64,000 nt of DNA from IMG/VR virus record IMGVR_UViG_3300032334_001128, positions 1 to 64,000 of that record. One strand, written 5' to 3'. Under the pieces are notes generated by a model that ran no database searches, was not told the DNA's origin, and worked only from the letters and a program-made list of their open reading frames with translations. Source of the stretch: a virus. The position numbers and the translations under genes were made by a program. This document shows, piece by piece, positions 17,799 through 25,848 of this stretch (positions are counted from its first letter, which is position 1; each line of letters begins with the position of its first letter).

Positions 17799-18038
17799 AT
17801 GGCAGGACAAACCACACTACTACCACTAAACACCGAACGCTCTAAGTTTGCCGAAGTTGCTATGCCAACACTAGGCGACACTTACATTACCCCTAATGGT
17901 AGAACTGGCATCGTTGTTGAAATGGTGGTCAAGATGACTAAGGGTGGCTACGGAACTTTGAACATCTGCTTTGAAACCATTGATGCCGAAACTGGCGACA
18001 TTGATGTTCAATGGGCTTGCGTAAGTCCAATGGCTTAG
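17799..18038 (+). CDS. hypothetical protein, paralog of 15850-16071
   Basis: AACGAAAGGAAA RBS before ATG 17799. Confidence 0.7.
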   Translation: MAGQTTLLPLNTERSKFAEVAMPTLGDTYITPNGRTGIVVEMVVKMTKGGYGTLNICFETIDAETGDIDVQWACVSPMA

Positions 18039-18073
18039 GCTTCGCCTAGCCTACTCCAAGGGGCTAGCCGAAC

Positions 18074-18110
18074 GAACCCCCTAGCAGTTGGGCTAGGGGG
18101 TTCACCTTTA
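18074..18110 (+). terminator. intrinsic terminator
   Basis: GAACCCCCTAGC/GCTAGGGGGTTC. Confidence 0.7.
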
Positions 18111-18289
18111 CCCGAAATGGATCACCGGAGCTTTAGAGATCTCTAGAGCTTCTCCCGGTATTATAGCTGCAGCTTTGGATCATACACCATCCATCGATAA
18201 TAGCTAATAGATTCCAATAACAATATCTTTATAATAAATTTGCCCTAGATTTGACAAATATGCCGAACCTGTGCTTAGATAGTACTAAC

Positions 18290-18460
18290 AACTTCATACG
18301 GGTAAATGTAAACGGCTTATGGATTTCGATTCCCTGCTCATACTAGTTAAGCTGGAGAATCGAAAATACGAGTGTCAGGACTTCCCTGCCGTCTCTGTAG
18401 TTGGTACTTGCAAGTACAAAGGATTTCCCTCGGGTTCGCGACTCGGGGGATTTTCTTTTA
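18290..18460 (+). ncRNA. candidate structured sRNA (ORF-less cassette)
   Basis: TTGACA at 18251, then nested helices and a terminator at 18426-18460; no RBS or ORF. Confidence 0.5.
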
Positions 18461-18652
18461 TCGGGGGGCAAACTGATCCATAGACTGAGCTGGCCGGTGA
18501 GCTGAGCTAGCTGATCAGTTGCAGCTAAGATCACCAGGGATCTGATCAGGATCTATGAGCTGCCGGATGTTACAGACACTCCGGAATAGATTTGACTTTT
18601 CCGGTGTGTAGTGTATTCTTATAGTATTCCCGGAAAGGAAAGGAGGGGGCTT

Positions 18653-18709
18653 ATGTGTGAAGATTATCCATGTTGCGGACATGACAATGGCAACTGCCCT
18701 CGCAAGTAG
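18653..18709 (+). CDS. 18-aa micropeptide MCEDYPCCGHDNGNCPRK
   Basis: own promoter (TTGACT 18592), strong GGAAAGGAAAGGAGG RBS and terminator (18714-18740); motif shared with 17459. Confidence 0.6.
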   Translation: MCEDYPCCGHDNGNCPRK

Positions 18710-18790
18710 TTCTAGCCCCCGGTGCAAGCCGGGGGTTTTTACTTACCGGCCGGAGCTTCACAGATCTCTAGAAAATATTTTTATATTTCG

Positions 18791-18816
18791 GGAATAAATG
18801 GATTAGGCTAATGGTT
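18791..18816 (+). promoter_or_regulatory. sigmaR/sigmaH-type promoter
   Basis: GGAAT-N18-GTT. Confidence 0.65.
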
Positions 18817-18860
18817 ATTATTACTGTAAGGTAAATACAAATAACTCGAAAGGTTAGCCA

Positions 18861-19127
18861 ATGAACATCACGCCAGAGAAGTATGCCGAAATGGTAATCG
18901 CAAAGTTTTACAAGGTTGAGAACATCTACAACTTGACTAGGGCTATTGCCAGAGTTGCCGACAAGTATGCCAAGTGGGTTATGGAAGCCAGTAACAGACT
19001 TACTTGGGCAACTGACGGAACTGACGAACACGCTAAACAAAATGAACTTGCTCAAAAAGAAGCACTGGTCAAGTGTGAAGCGTATCGCCTAGCGTTATTT
19101 ATGCTCACCGATAAACTCCCTAAGTGA
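18861..19127 (+). CDS. hypothetical protein
   Basis: GAAAGG RBS. Confidence 0.7.
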   Translation: MNITPEKYAEMVIAKFYKVENIYNLTRAIARVADKYAKWVMEASNRLTWATDGTDEHAKQNELAQKEALVKCEAYRLALFMLTDKLPK

Positions 19128-19291
19128 TTAGGGAGTTTAGGGGAGCTCACCGGAGATCCTAAATCAGTTACCGCGGTAACTAAAAGAAGCTCACAGATCT
19201 CTAGAAGACACGCCAAAAAAAGTTTCAAATAAACTTGCACAAAAAACAAAAACTACGCTAAACTGAAATCACTCAGGAAAGGAGTTGCCAA

Positions 19292-19486
19292 ATGGCAATG
19301 TTCGATGTAAAAATCCAAGTCAATTACTCAGGTCAAATCGAAGCAAGTTCGGCAGAAGAAGCCGAGCAACTTGCTTGGTCTGCTTACTACGGAGATGACG
19401 CAACGCTAGAATACGATGGCGTTGAAAGTATCGAAGTTGAAGAAGCCGAAGAAGAAGAAGAAGAAGAAGAAGAAGAAGAAGAATAA
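19292..19486 (+). CDS. acidic protein with a poly-Glu tail encoded by (GAA)12
   Basis: promoter TTGCAC-18-TAAACT at 19235-19264; GGAAAGGAG RBS. Confidence 0.75.
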   Translation: MAMFDVKIQVNYSGQIEASSAEEAEQLAWSAYYGDDATLEYDGVESIEVEEAEEEEEEEEEEEE

Positions 19487-19644
19487 AAATCTTCTGAAGC
19501 GTGAAGCCCGTCAGGAATCTCTGGCGGGCATTCTTCTTCTATAGATCTGTTATTTACCTAGGTAACTATAACTAGATCTCTGCAGCTGAAATGTTGCGAA
19601 ATGCCGGCCGGCCCTGGTAGACTGGAATCAACGAAAGGAATCTT

Positions 19645-19869
19645 ATGACTCACGCTAAATCTCAAAAAACTTTATTCCTAACACCGGAGCAACTTGACGC
19701 CGGCGGTTATGAAAAGTGGGAGCTCGAAACTATTTATTGCTTGCCAGGTTGCGGCGTTCACTTTTACAGTCCGGACGGAATCGGCCGAATCTTTACCGGA
19801 GATGATTACGACCTGGCCGAAATGATTGGCGACCAGGGAGACCGGTTTGTGAGAATCCTGGAAGCGTGA
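19645..19869 (+). CDS. hypothetical protein
   Basis: promoter TTGCGA-18-TAGACT at 19594-19623; AACGAAAGGAA RBS. Confidence 0.7.
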   Translation: MTHAKSQKTLFLTPEQLDAGGYEKWELETIYCLPGCGVHFYSPDGIGRIFTGDDYDLAEMIGDQGDRFVRILEA

Positions 19870-19905
19870 GCTTCGAAAAGGATCTAAAAATAATTATTTA
19901 TTTCG

Positions 19906-19931
19906 GGAATAAATAACTTGTAATGTCAGTT
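19906..19931 (+). promoter_or_regulatory. sigmaR/sigmaH-type promoter
   Basis: GGAAT-N18-GTT. Confidence 0.65.
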
Positions 19932-19974
19932 GTTATTAGTAAGATGAACTTACCACTAGACAAAGGAAACTGAA

Positions 19975-20226
19975 ATGGAAGAACGCCTAAATAACTTACT
20001 TGCTAAGTTCGAAATTGCTCGCCTAGACCAAGTTGGTATTCTTGCTCGCATGGAAGGACTTGCTGTTGAAATCCGTAATGCCGAAGCAGATGAAGAATAC
20101 CTAACTAAGTTAGTAGCAGACTTGGACAACATGTTGACAAGATTGAAGAGCAACAAAAAACTTATGCTCGAAGTGATTGAAGGTATGGATTCAATCCAAA
20201 GAGAACTAAATCAGGAGGAAGAATAA
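19975..20226 (+). CDS. coiled-coil hypothetical protein
   Basis: AAAGGAAA RBS; heptad-like pattern. Confidence 0.7.
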   Translation: MEERLNNLLAKFEIARLDQVGILARMEGLAVEIRNAEADEEYLTKLVADLDNMLTRLKSNKKLMLEVIEGMDSIQRELNQEEE

Positions 20227-20462
20227 ATGGCTACTTATGAAGAAGCTCCGATTAGTAAATGTACCGAGTGTAATGACTTGCCACTGATCTGTCGAATGAA
20301 ACTACACTCACTAGATCGATGGTATTACGCTTGGTCATGGCCGGGTGTGTACTGGGTATTCAAGAAGCTTCACCGATCGGTGTGTAAAAACACGCCAAAA
20401 TAAATGTTGCCAAATGTCGCAACTGGGGTATAAACTGGACTTACTCGGGAAAGGAGTAAAAA

Positions 20463-20828
20463 ATGAGAGCAGTATTTACAGATGCCAAAAAGTGTGGTGC
20501 TAGTGAACTGGTGCTAACTGAAAACTGGTACGAGCAAATGAAGGAAGCAGTTGGGGGTTATGTCGAGATGGTTCGACTAACTGATTTCCTAACTATGTGG
20601 GTCAATGAAGAAGGTCTACTTCACGACTTGCCGATAAACGCAGTTGGCTCACTTGCTTACGGAGTTGCGTTTGATGCTATTGGAACACCAATCGCAGGGG
20701 ACATCGTATTCACTGGTGGACTAAACGGCGAAGGTGAGCCAACTGGAATTACTCAGGATGGTCTTGATTGGCTAGCGATGGTTGGTCAGTACGGGATTAT
20801 TATGAACGCCAACAAGCGCAAAGACTAA
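20463..20828 (+). CDS. DUF3846-like protein
   Basis: QMKEAVGGYVEMV...MWVNEEGLLHDLPIN...IAGDIVFTG; promoter TTGCCA-18-TAAACT at 20407-20436. Confidence 0.7.
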   Translation: MRAVFTDAKKCGASELVLTENWYEQMKEAVGGYVEMVRLTDFLTMWVNEEGLLHDLPINAVGSLAYGVAFDAIGTPIAGDIVFTGGLNGEGEPTGITQDGLDWLAMVGQYGIIMNANKRKD

Positions 20829-21023
20829 GTAATCTTTAGAGAGAAGCCAGACATCCGACAGGGTGTCTGGTTTTTCTTTTACGAGCTAGAGCAATTACGA
20901 TCCTAAACTAGCTGCAGATCATCCAGGGAGATCCTGGCCGGATCCTGGTTGCAGCTCAGCTCCGGATCTAGCTCAGCTCGCGATCCGGATCTAAAAAAAG
21001 TTTTAAAAATAGTGTGTTTGGAC

Positions 21024-21052
21024 TTGCGGAATAGTTTGGTTTCCTATACCAT
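21024..21052 (+). promoter_or_regulatory. sigmaA-type promoter of the candidate ncRNA
   Basis: TTGCGG-17-TACCAT. Confidence 0.6.
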
Positions 21053-21057
21053 AGAGA

Positions 21058-21281
21058 TAACAAGGTTCCGACGGGAACTTTGGAGTGTGGCTGAATAGTT
21101 CTGAAAGTCAAATAGGCAGAACAAAGCAACGCCTGAACTTAGCGGTTCACCTTAGCGGGTAAAGGGCGGGTGTGCTCAAAGCGGTACTTAGAGACCACAT
21201 TGACTAGGCACTTCTGGTAAAAGCAATCCAGACACTCACTATGAACACCACGAAGCCCCTTGCGGAAACGCAGGGGGTTTC
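21058..21281 (+). ncRNA. candidate ~220-nt highly structured ncRNA
   Basis: promoter, multi-branched helices with two identical TTAGCG loops, terminator at 21253-21281; no ORF or RBS. Confidence 0.65.
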
Positions 21282-21460
21282 GTGCTTCTGGCCAGCTTCA
21301 CGGATCCATGGCCGGCCGGATCAGATCAAGCTAAGATCAATGCTAGGATCTTAGTTAGACACGCCAAAAAATTATTTCCAAAATACTTGACAAAATGTCA
21401 TTCCCGTATGGTACTATTTAGGTATGGCAAAAAGCCACAGACAATTAGGAAAGGAACCAA

Positions 21461-21730
21461 ATGTCTCAATTAGTTAGCACAGTAGTTAGATTTGTCGCAC
21501 AGGAAAGAAATGTCAAGGAAGATTCTGTTACTGGAGTTCCTAGACTTATGGAAATTATCGGCTTCCTATGCGAAGATAAAATGGCAGACCTATCGGCTTC
21601 ATACGAAATGGCTGTTCTAGCCTTGCGTATGTATGACGCCGAACTTGCCGTAGTCAAGCAAGTTGAAAAGGAAAAGCAGGCTGAAATCAAAAAGTACTGG
21701 GACACAAAACTTGCTGAGTTCCCTGCCTAA
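21461..21730 (+). CDS. hypothetical protein
   Basis: GGAAAGGAA RBS; TTGACA at 21387. Confidence 0.7.
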   Translation: MSQLVSTVVRFVAQERNVKEDSVTGVPRLMEIIGFLCEDKMADLSASYEMAVLALRMYDAELAVVKQVEKEKQAEIKKYWDTKLAEFPA

Positions 21731-21893
21731 TAAGTTCTAAACTTACCCCCGAACGAAAGTTCGGGGGTTTAGTTTTATTCAAGGATCTCTAAGCTCACGC
21801 CGGCCGCCACGATCTAAACTCGCCAAACTAAATGTTGTAAAAATATTTGAAATGCGAGTAGAATGTAACTACGAACTACGAAAGGAAAACTAA

Positions 21894-21989
21894 ATGTTCG
21901 AAGACGCAATCAATGAAGAAGCCATCGAAGCACTTACCGAAGAGCAGGTGGATGAGGTTTTGGCAATTCTAATCAAGGCAGGTTACTAA
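21894..21989 (+). CDS. 31-aa acidic peptide
   Basis: ACGAAAGGAAA RBS; promoter TTGTAA-18-TAGAAT at 21835-21864. Confidence 0.6.
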   Translation: MFEDAINEEAIEALTEEQVDEVLAILIKAGY

Positions 21990-22213
21990 TGGGCTACTGG
22001 AAGATGAGAGGCTCATTCTCGGACTTGTTCGGACACGCAGAGCCAGAAGAGGTTACCGGTGTTTGGGGAGATTCACCGGCAGACATTATGGGCAACGCCA
22101 TTGACCAAATTGTAAATACATTCCAAGAAGACATTGGAAGAATGCCAACCAAAACAGAGTTGAAGAACGGGTTGCTATTCACAATTCAAGTTATGGATGA
22201 GTTGCCAGAATAG
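21989..22213 (+). CDS. hypothetical protein
   Basis: TAATG coupling; terminator at 22228-22255. Confidence 0.7.
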   Translation: MGYWKMRGSFSDLFGHAEPEEVTGVWGDSPADIMGNAIDQIVNTFQEDIGRMPTKTELKNGLLFTIQVMDELPE

Positions 22214-22374
22214 GTGATGACTCACCGAAAGCCCTAGCTTATGCTAGGGCTTTTACTTTATAGATCTGTTTCCGGATCACCGGATAGAAGCTCCGGAAAC
22301 ACGCGAAAAGAATAAGTTGCGAAATGTCAGGGCTAGGGTGTAATCTAGTTATACCCTAACGAAAGGAAATCAAA

Positions 22375-22713
22375 ATGGGCGACAGGTCAAGAATTATTGT
22401 AAAGAGTGAGAGTTTCCCTAACGCTATTCACCTTTACGGACATTGGGCAGGGACAGACAACCTAACTGCCGTAGTAAATGTTTTAGCCAAGACAGACAGA
22501 ATTGGCGACCCTAGTTATCTAACGGCTCAACTTTTTTATGAGTTCGCTAGTGATTACGATGGCAATTTAGGTTTTGGTATCAGCGTAGATGATGATGGAG
22601 TTTTTGACGACAACTCACCAATTACTATTTTTGCCGATAATGGTGATGTTGCTTATCAAGATTACTTTTATACCAAGCAAGAGTTTTTGGAAAAGTTTGG
22701 AGTTAGTGTCTAG
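22375..22713 (+). CDS. conserved phage protein (MGDR...LYGHW family)
   Basis: promoter TTGCGA-18-TAATCT at 22317-22346; AACGAAAGGAAA RBS. Confidence 0.75.
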   Translation: MGDRSRIIVKSESFPNAIHLYGHWAGTDNLTAVVNVLAKTDRIGDPSYLTAQLFYEFASDYDGNLGFGISVDDDGVFDDNSPITIFADNGDVAYQDYFYTKQEFLEKFGVSV

Positions 22714-22831
22714 GCGAAAGCCTAGGCACTACCAAGCTTCACTAAAACAGATCTAAACTCACCGGCCGGAATGTTGACATATGTCAGGGCTAGGGTGTAA
22801 TCTAGACTTATCAAGACGAAGGGAGTTCACT

Positions 22832-23047
22832 ATGGCAAAGCCAAGCGTGAAACTTGTAAAGGAATGGACAATCGCTTACGACAGCGACCTAGTTACAGTT
22901 AGTTACGGAACAGCAGTGTTTGAGCAGGACTATTGGAAATTAGTGAACAAGGTAACTAAAAAGACAACCTATTTTTACGGGGAGTCTGCGTGGTCAAACG
23001 CTAGGCGTATTGCTAGCGACACAGACTTTGGTGCGTGGAGTATCTAA
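22832..23047 (+). CDS. hypothetical protein
   Basis: promoter TTGACA-18-TAATCT at 22774-22803, sharing a 24-nt spacer/-10 sequence with the promoter at 22317. Confidence 0.7.
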   Translation: MAKPSVKLVKEWTIAYDSDLVTVSYGTAVFEQDYWKLVNKVTKKTTYFYGESAWSNARRIASDTDFGAWSI

Positions 23048-23238
23048 TGGAAACTTGCGTATTGTGTGTTGAGAAAAGACACAAAATCTATTGGGGCGAA
23101 ATGTCTGAAAAAGATATGGAACTATCCGGAGTCACTTATCACAAGTGTTCATTCTGTTCATACGAACCTCTAATTTGGAATACCGGTATTGGAGATGCTA
23201 GTTGCGAGAGTTGTGGCAAATGGCAGAACGAGAGTTAG
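23047..23238 (+). CDS. zinc-ribbon protein
   Basis: three CxxC motifs; TAATG coupling. Confidence 0.65.
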   Translation: METCVLCVEKRHKIYWGEMSEKDMELSGVTYHKCSFCSYEPLIWNTGIGDASCESCGKWQNES

Positions 23239-23251
23239 GGGAGAGACTCTA

Positions 23252-23368
23252 ATGGCCGATCAATGTGAACACGAGAACCTAAAACACGCTGATAGTTCGG
23301 CTCACTTAGCTTTCTGCCCGGACTGCGACCTAGAGTTTTTTTGTGAATGTGAAAATCCGGATTCGTAA
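23252..23368 (+). CDS. 38-aa Cys/His peptide
   Basis: GGGAG RBS; CEH...CPDC. Confidence 0.5.
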   Translation: MADQCEHENLKHADSSAHLAFCPDCDLEFFCECENPDS

Positions 23369-23453
23369 ACGGATCTAGTTTTATTCCAATATGTGCTTGC
23401 GTTTTTTGTTTTATGGTGTAGTCTAGTTATGTAGTTAGACGGAAGGAAATCAA

Positions 23454-23666
23454 ATGAACTTACTACAAGCTGAAATCCTAGTTATCAACCTTGAGCACGA
23501 AATCAAAGCAGACGGAAAAATGTCTTTCGGCGAACCGGCTATGAAATCTATTAGCCGGCTTTTAGGAATTGACGCCTACAAGACTTTCGGGCGTGGCGTA
23601 AAGGGCCGCCAAGCTGCGCTCGATTGGCTGCGAGAACAAATCGCCGAGAACACGCCGGCAGAGTAA
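23454..23666 (+). CDS. hypothetical protein
   Basis: GGAAGGAAA RBS; terminator at 23685-23712. Confidence 0.7.
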   Translation: MNLLQAEILVINLEHEIKADGKMSFGEPAMKSISRLLGIDAYKTFGRGVKGRQAALDWLREQIAENTPAE

Positions 23667-23742
23667 AAAAGCTCTATCAATGTGAAAACCCCTGGGAAAC
23701 CAGGGGTTTTTGCTATTTTTGCCGGAAAATAGATCTAAATTG

Positions 23743-23772
23743 TTGCTTATGATCATGATCACCCTTTATAAT
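23743..23772 (+). promoter_or_regulatory. sigmaA-type promoter with two GATC in its spacer
   Basis: TTGCTT-ATGATCATGATCACCCTT-TATAAT. Confidence 0.6.
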
Positions 23773-23855
23773 TTAGGAATACTGATCTTCGGATCAGTAG
23801 TTGGGAGACCCGACAATAAACGACCTGTACTAACGCAAGGAAAGGTGGTCGCTAA

Positions 23856-24416
23856 ATGAAGAGGTTCATCACAATAGCTAGTGTGCTCCTACTACTAGCT
23901 GGATGTTCATCAGCTGCAGCTGGATATGATCGAAAGCCGGTCGATCCTGTGCAGAAATTGAGTATTGTAAAAGCTAAGACTTTTACCCAAAAGGTAAAGT
24001 CTCAGCGTAATGCAATACGGATGAAGCAGGTTCTAAAGTACCTACGGACTAGAGTGGATCGGACATCGTATGTCTTTTCCGGATCTAGCCCTAGGGGATG
24101 GGACTGCTCGGGATTGGTACGCTGGACCTATGAACGGTTTGGCCTAGAAATCCCTCACTCTGCCAATAAGCAAGCGCATATTGGTAAGCGTGTATCTCAC
24201 CCCGTCCCTGGGGATATAGTTGTGTTCGCTTATAACGGCAGCACTAACTTTTATCACGCTGCGATCTATCTAGGGAACGGAAAGATCATTAACGCTCACT
24301 ACGGAGCTGGTACCACGATCATTCAACCATTGAGTGATTACAAAAGTGGCCAGATCCGGTTTGTTAGGGTTATTGATCAATTTGTCCCTAAAAAAGTTGG
24401 ATCGTATTTCAACTAA
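23856..24416 (+). CDS. NlpC/P60 (C40) peptidoglycan endopeptidase, putative lipoprotein
   Basis: GWDCSGLV catalytic Cys, HAAIYLGNG His; signal peptide with lipobox LAGC. Confidence 0.9.
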   Translation: MKRFITIASVLLLLAGCSSAAAGYDRKPVDPVQKLSIVKAKTFTQKVKSQRNAIRMKQVLKYLRTRVDRTSYVFSGSSPRGWDCSGLVRWTYERFGLEIPHSANKQAHIGKRVSHPVPGDIVVFAYNGSTNFYHAAIYLGNGKIINAHYGAGTTIIQPLSDYKSGQIRFVRVIDQFVPKKVGSYFN

Positions 24417-24499
24417 ATACGGAAAGAGCTACAGCTTACGCTGTAGCTCTTTTTCCGTTTTAGAGTTGCTTTTTGTTTTGTAATCTGCTACCATCATAA

Positions 24500-24642
24500 A
24501 GAGCCAATCAATAACGGTTTGTCATATTGTTTGGTTGGCTCGGCTTAGTAGTTTTTTGATTGTATTTCCCTACTAAGTCAGTTGTTTCCTTTCCATAAAG
24601 GCTCCCCGATAGTTTGTATTCCTATCGGGGAGTTTTATTTTT
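24500..24642 (+). ncRNA. candidate three-hairpin sRNA with an exposed anti-SD tract
   Basis: promoter TTGCTT-17-TACCAT (24466-24494), two 10-bp hairpins, single-stranded TTTCCTTTCC, terminator at 24602-24642. Confidence 0.6.
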
Positions 24643-24720
24643 ACGGAGGATCTAATTCTGGCGTGTTGTTGCGAATGTCGGTAGTAAGGTGTAATCTGGT
24701 TATGACGAAAGGAAGTCATA

Positions 24721-24903
24721 ATGATTGGTGAAATTATCGCTATCAAAGTTATTGCTAAAATCGCAACCAAGGTATTAGCCCCGATTGCTAACGAACACAA
24801 ATCTCTAGACATTGCTCACAAGGTAGTGTCTGGTCTTGATAGTGTTGGAATTGACGATGTAAAGGAACTTGTATCTCTTAGGCGTAAAAAGAGAGTAAGG
24901 TGA
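24721..24903 (+). CDS. hypothetical protein
   Basis: promoter TTGCGA-17-TAATCT at 24669-24697; ACGAAAGGAA RBS. Confidence 0.7.
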   Translation: MIGEIIAIKVIAKIATKVLAPIANEHKSLDIAHKVVSGLDSVGIDDVKELVSLRRKKRVR

Positions 24904-24907
24904 GACT

Positions 24908-25114
24908 ATGGAAAAGTGTTCGAGATGCGATAGAGATGTTGAGTTAGAACTTACTAGTTCGGAGTTCGGGGAGTGTCCGGAATGTAATGAAATCACGGAG
25001 CAAGAGATCTCTAAGAATGAAGCAATTATGGAGCAGGTATTCACTAGGCACGAAGCTGAGAGTGAAGCTGTAATCAAGGGGATCCAGGAAAGAATGGGAA
25101 GGTTCTACGACTAG
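24908..25114 (+). CDS. zinc-ribbon protein
   Basis: CSRC and CPEC motifs. Confidence 0.65.
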   Translation: MEKCSRCDRDVELELTSSEFGECPECNEITEQEISKNEAIMEQVFTRHEAESEAVIKGIQERMGRFYD

Positions 25115-25157
25115 CTGCTCCGGCCGGTAAAGGATCTAAAAATAATTATTTATTTCG

Positions 25158-25183
25158 GGAATAAATCTAAGAAGTAATCAGTT
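25158..25183 (+). promoter_or_regulatory. sigmaR/sigmaH-type promoter
   Basis: GGAAT-N18-GTT. Confidence 0.65.
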
Positions 25184-25205
25184 CTTATTCTTGGAAAGGA
25201 TACTT

Positions 25206-25409
25206 ATGTTTATAGAGCAACCCAGAGATGCCGAAATGGCAGAACTATTTGCGTTAGGTCTAATCAAAGAGCCTAAGGAAGAACCAAGACTAATCCTTGT
25301 TCCTTGTAAGCACCCGAAGTGGTGTAAGACACACGGGACTACACGGATTAGGTTTAGAATCCTGAAAAATAGAATCAAAAGAATTCTAAAATTTGGGAAT
25401 AAATCCTAA
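25206..25409 (+). CDS. basic hypothetical protein
   Basis: GGAAAGGA RBS before ATG 25206. Confidence 0.6.
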   Translation: MFIEQPRDAEMAELFALGLIKEPKEEPRLILVPCKHPKWCKTHGTTRIRFRILKNRIKRILKFGNKS

Positions 25410-25421
25410 ACAAATCTAGTT
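25396..25421 (+). promoter_or_regulatory. sigmaR/sigmaH-type promoter
   Basis: GGAAT-N18-GTT; nearly identical to the minus-strand promoter near 11943-11968. Confidence 0.7.
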
Positions 25422-25443
25422 CTATTTACTGAAAGGAAAATAA

Positions 25444-25605
25444 ATGACTAATCAAATCCCAGACCCAGACCAGAACCCGTTACTGAAATCACCACGCCTA
25501 AACCTAGAAACAGGTGAAGGGCGTAGAAGTTTCTTAGAGTGGTTATTTGACCCCGAAGTTGATAAAGCCTTTGAGCAGGCTTTCCCGTTAGAAGAAGGAG
25601 AGTGA
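25444..25605 (+). CDS. 53-aa protein, paralog of 11775-11933
   Basis: GAAAGGAAA RBS; MTNQIPDPDQNPLL...WLFDPEVD. Confidence 0.75.
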   Translation: MTNQIPDPDQNPLLKSPRLNLETGEGRRSFLEWLFDPEVDKAFEQAFPLEEGE

Positions 25606-25607
25606 GA

Positions 25608-25772
25608 GTGAGAGCAAGAGTGAAGCTAACACCTGAACAGATCACTGAGTTGGATAAGTTCCAGACACGGAAGCTCTATGAGTTTGTCTATCTAGGGATG
25701 GCCGCCGGTATTATCCCCTTTGTCCCTAACCTAAGACTTAGCCGGATGGTGAGGAAGCTAAAACAGATCTAA
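25608..25772 (+). CDS. small hypothetical protein
   Basis: GTG start after GGAG; 54 aa. Confidence 0.45.
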   Translation: MRARVKLTPEQITELDKFQTRKLYEFVYLGMAAGIIPFVPNLRLSRMVRKLKQI

Positions 25773-25848
25773 ACTCGCCTAAGTAAATGTTGCGAAATGT
25801 CTGTTGCTCAGTGTAAACTGAAACACCAACTAGGAAAAGGAGTGTCTT

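Noticed and set aside
18318-18340. TTCGATT resembling a tRNA/tmRNA T-loop
   Set aside because: The flanking stem does not pair as a T-arm, no acceptor or anticodon arms form, and there is no tmRNA-type end; it instead pairs with GAATCGAAA downstream.
20227-20403. Possible 58-aa ORF after 19975-20226
   Set aside because: It has a coupled ATG but runs into the spacer and promoter of the next cassette and has spacer-like palindrome content; too uncertain to list.
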